From positions 12,042,879 to 12,106,878 of the forward strand of contig MU053881.1 of NCBI GenBank assembly GCA_013239625.1: a stretch of 64,000 nucleotides of DNA, in the 5' to 3' direction. A model generated the notes under the pieces. That model did no database searches. It was not told the origin of the DNA and saw only the letters and a list, made by a program, of their open reading frames with translations. The DNA comes from Lama guanicoe. Lineage: Eukaryota. Both the position numbers and the translations under genes were made by a program. Numbering within the stretch: position 1 is the first letter of the stretch; each line of letters opens with the position of its first letter. This document shows, one piece after another, positions 51,626 through 61,922 of the stretch.

Positions 51626-54600
51626 TAAATTCAGCCTATCATTGGTGGAAATTTAAGTTGCTTCCTTTTACCTTCATTACAGATACCTCTTCAAGGAATT
51701 TCCTTATGTATGTCTATGTATTATTTTCTGATTATTTTAATAGAATAAACTTTAGAAGTGCTATTGCTGTATTAGAGTATATACATATATTTAGAAACTT
51801 TTAAAAAAATCGTACAAAATTACCTCCCTGGAAAGTGGTAAATTTCTATTTCAAGTGAGTGGTGTATGAATTTGCCTTCACATGCTCTCATCATAATTGG
51901 ATATTCTCATTTTTGCTATTATTTTCCATGCTGGAAGACTGAATAAATTCATGTTTATGTATCATTAAGCACACATATTATGTTTGTTTAAACTCTGAAA
52001 AGTTAGTTGTAGATATTAAAACACTTTACATACTTCAGCAAATTTCTCTTACATAATCATAATATCATAATCATACCCAAGAAATTTAATTTAGGTGATA
52101 TTATTTTAAAATAGTCCATACCAAATTGTTTCCAATGGACCCCAATGTTCTTCAGAGCCTTTTTTAAAAAAATCAAAGACCCAATCAGAATCATGAATTA
52201 CACTTAGATATTATGATTCTTTATCTCTTTCTTCCCAAACTGTACACCTCTTATTTCTTTTTCTTGTATAATTGCCTTAGCTGGGACTTTCAGTATGGTA
52301 TTGAAAAAAAATGGTTAGAGGAAACATCCTTGCCTTGTTTCTGATATAAGAGGGAAGGCTTCTAATTTTTCATCATTAAATATGATGTTAGCTGTAGGTT
52401 TTTACAGATTTTTTTTATCAAGTTGAGGAAGCTACCCTCTATTCCTAGATTACTGAGAGTTTCTATCATGAATGGATATTGGGTTTTGTCAAATGTCTAC
52501 ATTTATCCATATGATTCTATGATTTTTCCTTCTTCAGCATGTTGTTGGGATGGATTACATAAATTGACTTTCAAATGCTGAATTAGTCTTGTGTACCTGG
52601 GATAAATTCTACTTGGTCATGGTATACAATTACTTTTATACACTGTTGAATTTCCTTCTATACAGTTCAATTTGCGAATATTTTGCTGAGAATTGTTGAT
52701 CTATATTCGTCAGAGATATTGGTCTGTAGTTTCTTTTTCTATGCCTTTATCTGGTTTTGGTATTAGGGTAATGCTGGCCTCACTGAATGAGATAGGAAGG
52801 ATGCCCTCTGCTCCTATCTTCTGAAGAGATTGTAGAAAGCTGATATAATTTCTGTCTTAAGTGTTGGTAGAACAGTGAACCAATCCGGGTGTAGTGTTTT
52901 CCATGTTGGAAGGTTATTCAATATTGTTTCAAATTTTTTTACTATACGTAGGACTTTTCAAATTGTTTATTTCTTCTTGAGTCAGTTTGACAGATTATTT
53001 CTTTCAAAGAATTGATCCATTTCTCCTAGGTTATCAAATCTGTGTGCACAGAGTTGTCCATTGTACTCCTTTGCTGTCCTCTCATTGACCATGGGATATA
53101 CAGTAATAAGGACCCCTCTTTTATCTCTATCAATAACTTGTGCCATCTTTTTTTCTTAGCCTGGCTAAAGGCTTAAAATTTTTACTGATCTTTTCAAAAA
53201 AGCAGATTTATTGTTTGTTGACTCTTTTATTGACTTCCTGCTTTCAGTCTCATTAACTTCTCATCTAATTTTTATTATTTCTTTTCATTTAATTTGCTCT
53301 TCTTTTTCTAATTTCTAAGTGTGGAAGCTTACACTATTGATAAAATATATTGATATAAAACTATATAATATATATATATATACACACACACAAACACACA
53401 ATGCCGTGAATTGACTTCCAAGCTTTGCTTTCACTGCATAGCACATATTTTGATAGGTTGTATTTTCATTTTGTTCAAAGTATTTTTTATTTTTGCTTGA
53501 GATTTCTTCTTTGACCAATGTGTCATTTAGAAGTGTTTTGTTTTTATCTCCAAGTATTTTGGGATTTTCCAGCTACCTTTCTGTTATTAATTTCTATTTT
53601 AATTTCATTGTGTTCTGAGAGAAGACAAATATTTTCTACTCTTCTAAATTTTTAAAAGTCTGTTTCATGGCCCAGAATGTGTTCTTTCTTGGTGAATGTC
53701 CCATATGAGCTTAAGAAGAATGTACATTCTGCCGTTGTTGGGTGAAGTGGTTGATAGATGTGGATTATATCCAGTTGACTGATGGGGCTCTTGAGCTCAA
53801 CTATGTCATGACTGATTTTCTACCTGCTGGATCTGTCCATTTCTTATAGAGGGATGTTAAAGTCTCCAACTATAATAGTGGTTTCATCTATTTCTCCACT
53901 ATCAGATTTTGCCTCACTTATTTTGACAGTCTATTGTCAGGTGAACACACATGAAGAATTATTATGTCTTCTTGGAAAATTAACCCCTTTATCATTACAT
54001 AAAGTCTCTCTTTACCCTGATAACTTTTCTTGCTCTGAAGTCTGCTTTGTCTAAAATTAATACAGCTAGTCCTTTTTTCTTTTAACTTGAGTTAGCGTAG
54101 TGTATCTTTCTCCATCCATTTGGTTTTAATCTATATGTGGCTTTATATTTAAAGTGGGTTTCTTGTATATAACATACATTTGGGTCTTGTTTTTTGATCC
54201 ACTCTGACAATCTCTGTCTTTTAATTCAAGCATTTAGACTATTGATGTTCAAAGTGATTAATAATATAGTTAAATTAATATCTACCATATTTGTTACTGT
54301 TTCTATTCATTGTTCTAGTTCTTTATACCTATTTTTGTCTTCATTCTTTCTCTGCCTTTTGTGGATAATTTAGCATTTTATATGATTCCATTTTCTTGCC
54401 TTTTTAGCATATCAGTTATACTTTTAAAATTTTTATTTTTAGTGGTTGCTCTGGAGTTTGCAATATACATCTACAACAAATCCAGGTCCACTTTAAAATA
54501 ACACTATACCTCTTCACAGGCTAGTCCAAGTACCTTATAATAACAAATGATCCTGATTCTTCCCTCCTATCATCTCTTTTACCATTGCTGTCACTCATTA

Positions 54601-55573
54601 TACTTCTATATAGGCATGCGTAAGTACATAATCAAATATATTCCTGCTATTATTATCCTGGGCAAATTATCTGGTAGATCAGTTAAAAATTAGAAAAATT
54701 AAATTTTTATTTTACCTCCATTTATTCTTTCCTTGATACTCTTCCTTTATGTAGATTTGAGTTTCTGACCTATATTATTTTCCTTCTCTCTGCAGAATTC
54801 CTTTTATTCTTTCTTGAAATACAAGTCTATTAACAACAAGATCATCAACTTCTGTTTGTTTCAGAGTCTTTATTTCCCTTTCCTTTTGAAGGATAATTTT
54901 ACAGGGCACAGGATTCTAGACTGGTGGGCTTTTTAGATCTCAATGCTTTAAATAGTTCACCTTGCATCCATAGTTTCTGAAGAGAAGCTAGATATAGTTC
55001 TTATTTTTGCTTCTCTATAGGTAAGTTTCCTCCCCACCCCCGGCTTCTTTCAACATGTTTCCTCTCTATCTTTGATTTTCTGCAATTTCAATATAATATG
55101 TCCAGTTTAAGTTTTGACATTTGTCCTGCTGGTATCTCTAAGTGTCCTGGGTATGTAATTTGGTATTTTTAACATTAACTTGGCAGACATTCTCTGTCAT
55201 TATTGCTTCAAAGTTTTCTTCTCATCCTTTCTTTCTTCTCCTTCTGCTATTCCAATTACATGTATGCTACATCTTTTGTAGTTGTCACAACTCTTAGTAT
55301 TTTGTTCTTTTCTTAGTCCTTTTTTTTTTTGCTTTCAGTTTTATAAGTTTCTACTGTCATACTCTCAAGCTTAAGAGATTTCTTTCCTCAGTCATATCTA
55401 GTGTACTAATGAGCTCATAAGGACATGCTTCATTTCTGTTACAGATCTCTAGCATTTCACATTTTTTAGTTGAAGTATAGTCAGTTTACAATGTTTGGTC
55501 AATTTCTGGTGTACGGCATAATGTTTCCATCATACATATGCATACATATTTGTTTCCATATTCTTTTTTTTTT

Positions 55574-55881
55574 NNNNNNNNNNNNNNNNNNNNNNNNNNN
55601 NNNNNNNNNNNNNNNNNNNNNNNNNNNNNNNNNNNNNNNNNNNNNNNNNNNNNNNNNNNNNNNNNNNNNNNNNNNNNNNNNNNNNNNNNNNNNNNNNNNN
55701 NNNNNNNNNNNNNNNNNNNNNNNNNNNNNNNNNNNNNNNNNNNNNNNNNNNNNNNNNNNNNNNNNNNNNNNNNNNNNNNNNNNNNNNNNNNNNNNNNNNN
55801 NNNNNNNNNNNNNNNNNNNNNNNNNNNNNNNNNNNNNNNNNNNNNNNNNNNNNNNNNNNNNNNNNNNNNNNNNNNNNNNNN
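55574..55881. other. Assembly gap (308 N)
   Basis: Run of N beginning at the poly(T) tail of the young L1. Confidence 0.99.
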
Positions 55882-56435
55882 GTTGTCGGTTTTTATGGCT
55901 GAGTAGTATTCCATTGTATAAATATACCACATCTTCTTTATCCAGTCACCTGTTGATGGACATTTAGGCTGTTTCCATGTTTTGGCTATTGTAAATAGTG
56001 CTGCTATGAACATTGGGGTGCAGGTGTCATCCTGAAGTAGATTTCCTTCTGGATACAAGCCCAGGAGTGGGATTCCTGGGTCATATGGTAAGTCTATTCC
56101 TAGTCTTTTGAGGAATCTCCACACTGTTTTCCACAGTGGCTGCACCAAACTGCATTCCCACCAGCAGTGTAGGAGGGTTCCCCTTTCTCCACAGCCTCTC
56201 CAGCATTTGTCATTTGTGGATTTTTGAATGACAGCCATTCTGACTGGTGTGAGGTGATACCTCATTGTAGTTTTGATTTGCATTTCTCTGATAATTAGTG
56301 ATATTGAGCACTTTTTCATGTGCCTATTGATCATTTGTATGTCTTCCTTGGAGAATTGCTTGTTTAGGTCTTCTGCCCATTTTTGGATTGGGTTGTTTAT
56401 TTTTTTCTTATTGAGTCGTATGAGCTGCTTATATA
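55882..56435 (-). pseudogene. L1 ORF2p C-terminal fragment including the cysteine-rich (CCHC) domain
   Basis: Peptide IYKQL...[12 protein letters not shown]...[19 protein letters not shown]...[18 protein letters not shown]...LPYDP...[23 protein letters not shown]...[10 protein letters not shown], no stops up to the gap. Confidence 0.95.
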
Positions 56436-56705
56436 TTCCATATTCTTTTTTGTTAAAAGTTACTAAAAGATATTGAATATAGCTCCTTGTACTATACAGA
56501 AGAAACCTGTATAGCATTTCATTTTTATTCTTTCTTAGAATTTCCATCTCTCTGCTTACATTGCCCATCTGTTCTTGTGTGATGTCTACTTTGTCCATTA
56601 CAGCCTTCAGCATATTAAAGGCTAGCTGCTTTAAATTCCCAGTCTGATAATTCAAACATCCCTATCATATCTGAGTCTGGTTCTGATGCCTGCTCTGTCT
56701 CTGTA

Positions 56706-56760
56706 AGAGAGAGAGAGAGAGAGAGAGAGTGTGTGTGTGTGTGTGGGTGTGTGTGTGTGT
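56706..56760. repeat. Compound (GA)n(GT)n microsatellite
   Basis: Seen directly. Confidence 0.95.
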
Positions 56761-57814
56761 CTTTTGCCTTTTAGTACACCTTGTAATTTTTTTCTTGATA
56801 TCCATACATAATATGCTGGCTGAAAGGAATTGCAGTAAATTGACCTTCAGTAATGTCATGGGAATGCATGCAGAAAGATGAGAAGAAGACTTTTATATTC
56901 CTGCAATTAGGTCTCAGTGTTCTATTTAGCCTGCGTCTCTGGACTGTGAACTCAAATGCTTCTCAGTTTTTTCTGTCTCTTTAGGTGGACAGCTTAGATG
57001 GGTATTTCCCTTCTTCCACGTGGAGGACCAGAGCAGGCTAGAATTGAGTGTTTCCCTTTCTCTAAGTTGGCTAGGCTCTGAAGAAAACCCAAAAGTTTAG
57101 GTTCTGGTAGAGTAGTTTATTTTGAGGCTAAGTCTTGTTAAAAACAGAATGTTCTGGTGTATTTCAAAATCATTACCTTTCCCCTCCTCTACTGGGAGCA
57201 CGGAAGGATTTGTCTCTGATACTCATTGAGAGAACCTGGTAGAGCTCCTGCAGGGTAAGACGCACAGATGCCTCATGACTCCTACCCCTGACACTGAGCC
57301 TCTGCAGCAATTCACCAACTACAGTTCAGGTTTCCTAACCCCACCACTAGTTCCTGTAACTTCTGCTCATGGCTTTCTGTTCCATTCTGTCTCTTCAACT
57401 TGAGGGGCAGCAGTTTGCCATGTGACCTCACTTCTCTGAGGTCTGAGAGAATTCTCTGATGAATCTGAGAGCAGCTGCTGGTTTTTCAGTTTGTTCACCT
57501 TTGTACTTGTTAGGACAGAGTAGTGACTTCAAAGCGCCTTATGTGCTGGATTGTGAACTCCAAGTCCCCACTTTCTTCTCTAGTTTACCATGTCCTCGTT
57601 TCTAACATCCATTCTGAGGCGTTTTGTGGCCTACTACTTCCTTTACAGCAGATATGCCTTTGCACATGACAGAAATGTCTCATTTCTTCCACCATAATGT
57701 CTGTCTAGGATTTGCTCATATGCAGGAAAGTTATTACCAATCTCTGATGAGAATCTATTCTCTTACCTACAGTGAGGAAGTGAAAGAATTCTCATTTACT
57801 CATATGCCCTCTTC

Positions 57815-58400
57815 ATGTTGCCAGAGCAAAGTGGATCTCAGCTGCAGAGGACAGAAAGCCCGAATCAAATCACCTCGTGCCAAAAAGGAATTTATTGCCT
57901 CTTGTAAATGGAAAGCTCAGAGGATTAGAGCTGACTTCAGATGTAACTGGACACTACAAGGACATTCTTCTGACCTTAGGTGGACAGTTTAGATGGGTAT
58001 TTCCCATCTTCTGTGCACTAGCTTTTTTCTCAGACAGCTCTTCTTTTGTGATTCTATGATGAACTGCAATCAAATCCAGACTTTCTCTTCTCAACTACAA
58101 GTCCAGGGAAAAGAATGAGCAACCCTGTTTCAAGATTTCCAGAAAGGTTTCAATGTATCATTGGTTCTGAATGGTTCTTAATAGGCTGTGGGCTGACATC
58201 TAATCCAATCACTGTTGCCCAGGGAATGCAAGATGCTCGTTAGCTATGGCCTAGGCAATATAATACACTCATGAACAACGAAGGAAGTCAACTCCCTTGG
58301 AAACCCTTGGAAAGAGCTGGGGATGGTGGGTAGCTCAGAGAATAGAGATTCAGTTAGTGAAAGATGGATGGACAGATACTGGGCAGCCAAATCAACATGA
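57815..58400 (-). mobile_element. Old MaLR-type LTR (MLT1K-like)
   Basis: 'cagctgcagaggacagaaagccc...aaaaaggaatttattg', 'ccaatcactgttgcccagggaatg'. Confidence 0.6.
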
Positions 58401-59769
58401 TGTCTACCCTGGAAAACTAGAGCTAATTTGTAGTTATTCACATCAGCAGGTCTTGGATGAACAATTCAAAAGTAAATTTTACTAGTTTGTAATTATTCAA
58501 GTTTTTTCTTTTTTCCTCCAGGTCAGATATTTAGGTAATCATAGTATCAGAATTTTGGTATTTATTCAGTACTTCATTTATTTTAGATTACTATTTCCCA
58601 CTTCTAATAATAATGTTCTACTCATATAATGATTAAGTTAAGTTACTTTGGATAAGATTTTTGGAGGAGGATTTTTAATACCATGAACTGAAGATTATAA
58701 CGACAGGTGAAAAAATAAACAATAGGAACCAAAGAGAATACAGGCACTAGTTTCATGAAAATATTACCCCCCGCCCGCCCCCTGTCCAACTCCATGTAAA
58801 TATGATTTGTGATTTATTGGTAACACTGTTTTCAAAAACACATACACACGTTTCTTCATTTTCCCCCTAGGGTACACACTGGGTGTTGTAATAGTTAACG
58901 ATAATTGATGAATGTTGAATTGCTACAAGTTTCATTTGCACTATTATCCTTTCGAATGCAAAATAAGAAATATGAAATAGCTCTCTCTATATACAATTGT
59001 TTGTATAGGACAAATTACGGAGTTGATGAAATCATTAAATTTGACAGGACATGTAGTAAGAAAGAAACAACTATATAATAGATGGTAGGCACAGGCAAAG
59101 ACTAAAGATATTTTCTGATAATCAATTAGAACTCTGATAAACAGAGTGAAGAACAATAATCTAAATTAACAGGTTTCTTATATTCAAATCACTCACACGG
59201 TTGTAAGTTACAGAAATGATGGAGCACCATAGAAACCACATCTGACAAAGAAAGTCCTGAGCAGGGGTCGTTAGTGTTAAATAAATATTCAACATTCACT
59301 TTCCACAATATTGAAATGCTGGCAGGCTGGATCCCAAAGGCCCCACGGACCTCACTCTCACAGAAGTATGGTTTTGAATTAACAAAATATCCTGCACTCA
59401 GTAAAAGCACTTTAGCTCTTAGACCCTGGGGCCATACGAGGAAAAGGGGGGATGTGCTAAGATGTCAAGTATCATTTGGTTCTCACCCTACCTCATTGGA
59501 AAAGAAAGTAAAACCCACACTGCATCCTCTATAAACCAATAAACGATGTGCATCTTACAAATACTTACTGAGCTCAATTCAGGTGCAATTTCTAAATGTT
59601 GTAAAGTTTGCGTTCACGGTATACTGTAATCTCTACCAAAATCTCAGAATGATTTTCTGGATAACGTTCATTGATGAGACATTAGGTCGACCAAAGAAGA
59701 AGAAGGAAAAGGAAAAAACGCAGTGTTAGCTCTCTGGGTGAGTCTTCTCTAAGTAACCAGAATCCTGGT

Positions 59770-59945
59770 ATGTTATAGTCAAGTGGGAAGGACGGGATAT
59801 TTGGAGTTAAGCAGACCTGAATATGAGTCTTGACACCTACCAAATGCAGACTGGGGACTCTGGTCAATTCACTGCACTTCTCTGAGACTGACAGCCATAA
59901 ATGGATAATCACTACAACTTTGCAGGTTTGCTTAAGAGCAAAGAC
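59770..59945 (+). mobile_element. MIR SINE
   Basis: 'ttggagttaagcagacctgaat...gagtcttgac', 'cacttctctgagact...taaatggataat'. Confidence 0.6.
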
Positions 59946-61305
59946 TCGTCATTTAAACGTTAAAGCAACTTTCTCACTGACCTGAAATTATGTGGAAAAA
60001 ATTTATCTGCTTGTGTACTATTTTGTGTGGATAACTACACCATTACTCTTACTGGTATATCACTGCCAAGCAGTGTAATAAACTAGCATATTAAATCTTG
60101 TATATCTTTAGATTTTAAGGTGTATTTTGTGTACATACGTGGTAATTCACCATCTATCCCTTTATTTCCAAAAGAGGAAAAAAAGAACATACTGTTACTC
60201 TTACTATGCTTTCAAAAAATTCCACATGTTTGAGTTTCTGAATATCAGTTAAGGATTTGGAGCATAGGATTTCCAGGAAGCATCTTGCACCCAAGAGATT
60301 ATTTTCACTATGTCTAAAATATCTTATCTAGTAAGGATGAGGGGGAAAAGAAACTTTTGCATTTAATTGCTTCTTTGATTTGTATCAGCTGCCTTAGCTT
60401 TATTGCCGATGCCAACCATAGTTAGAAGATTTGGAAGGTGAGAGATAACAGAAGAGTAGCTTCTGTGTGGCTTACAAATGCAAAGCAAAGCATCTTTATT
60501 GATATTCTTTTTAAAGAGTTCACTGAGGTGCAGCTCACAGTTGTCGAATGGAATGGAAAACAGAAATCCCTTTGAAAATAAGAGATAGAATTCAAGGTCA
60601 GTCCCCCACAAGCCCGTACTCCCTCTACCCTCATCTTTTTGGAAATGGTAAATCATTTATCTAGGTTTGTTCACTGCATGCTGATGGTATCGCACCTTAT
60701 CACTGTCTAAAAGAACACTTCATGCACATATTTTTAAAACACCCATTTATCTTCTCTTGTCCCCTAAGCTAATTTGAACCCCAAAAGCCTCATTGGAAAA
60801 AATGGGTAAGTTGCCACGGTTTTGATAAAACTTAAAACTTTCTTAGATCTGTCATTCAAAGTTAATGAATACTAGATACACTTACAGTAGATATATTTTC
60901 TCTTAGATGAGCCCAGTGTGTCTACTCCAAGGACAATATTTACAGCATTCAAGACAAGAGGGGAATTATTATACTATTCCTATGTGGAGGACAACATCTT
61001 TCTGGTCATCTTTTTTCCATTTTCTTTATGCTGGATCTCTCAGGAGAGAAAACTGGTGGTGAGTTGCTGAAATGATCGTTATTACCACAGTACAAGATGC
61101 TTAAGCCAGAAGCACTCAAACATTAACTCCACCCAAATCTCTGATTCATTTCCCAAATGATGCAGATGCTGCTGGTCTGAAGATCCTAATATGACAATCA
61201 TTGGCTTAAGCCACACAAAGATAAGTTCATTAGTCATCAGCATTAGAATTTTAAAGCATTACTTCACCATAATAGTTTAAAGGGATTCTTTACATCCTTT
61301 AGCTA

Positions 61306-61367
61306 AGGGGTTTCTAAAAGATACCTGAAATATAGGCCCAGGGGTTTCTAAAAATACCTGAACTATA
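61306..61367. repeat. ~34-bp-period tandem duplication (aggggtttctaaaa(g)atacctgaa)
   Basis: Copies at 61306-61334 and 61340-61367. Confidence 0.85.
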
Positions 61368-61574
61368 AAAATGCTGAATAAAACAGAACCAAGCCCATAT
61401 AAATCTAAGACAAGATCAGTTCAACAAACATGGTATTTCGACACTATTAAAATATGGGTGTGCTACAAAATTAAAGATGATAGCTTCAGCCAGCAGGCTC
61501 TTACACAAACTATGTTCAATACGGAAAAATATATTATGCTTCCCTGCACACCTAAGTTTTGTGGCCTAAAACAT

Positions 61575-61922
61575 TGTTAAAAGGTAAACCGGGGTACATT
61601 AAAATTTCGAGAGTTTATTTTGAGCATATATCAATTCAGATTGGGCAGCACCAAACCAAAGGTGATTAGGAGCACTCCACTGACAGGAGCTAGGGAGGAG
61701 TTTTTATCAAGAAGATGTGGAAGCAAAGCAAAGAAATTATTTGATTGGCTATAGTTTAAGCGGTTGCCTTATCTGGGAAAGCCTAGTTGGATATTGGTAA
61801 CTGGTTGTTCGCAAGTTTCATTTTCTCAGACCTGAGCGTACTGGCTTTGGCTTAGGTTTTGGTCTGCTTACGTAGGTTCCCAAGGCACCAGTCACCCCAG
61901 GCAAACGGCCCCCCTATTTACA
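61575..61922 (-). mobile_element. ERV1-type solo LTR with perfect 4-bp TSD
   Basis: TG...CA ends; TSD acat at 61571-61574 and 61923-61926; minus-strand CCAAT (61744-61748), ATAAAAA (61701-61707) and AATAAA (61614-61619) in LTR order. Confidence 0.85.

Larger units (their letters stand above)
55570..56435 (-). mobile_element. Young 5'-truncated L1 with up to 16-bp TSD
   Basis: TSD ttccatattctttttt at 55554-55569 and 56436-56451; uninterrupted ORF2 C-terminal frame. Confidence 0.92.
55460..56511 (-). mobile_element. Short lineage-specific L1 3'UTR insertion (55460-55569 and 56436-56511), itself split by a younger L1
   Basis: 'ttgaagtatagtcagtttacaatg' terminus; TSD tagcatttca at 55450-55459 and 56512-56521. 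Confidence 0.88.
52240..57570 (-). mobile_element. Large old L1 (L1MC/MD-like): 5' region, ORF1 and ORF2 5' part, interrupted at 55460-56511
   Basis: ORF2-type peptide 'EISSKNKKYFEQNENTTYQNM', ORF1-type '[29 protein letters not shown]', antisense L1 motifs such as 'tctggttttggtattagggtaatgctggcctca'. Confidence 0.9.

Noticed and set aside
55470..55967. ORFs spanning the N run (165, 143 and 122 aa) and the full 389-aa length
   Set aside because: Lengths are inflated by X residues from the assembly gap.
58767..58782. GC box as a promoter
   Set aside because: A single motif in AT-rich DNA with no CpG island.
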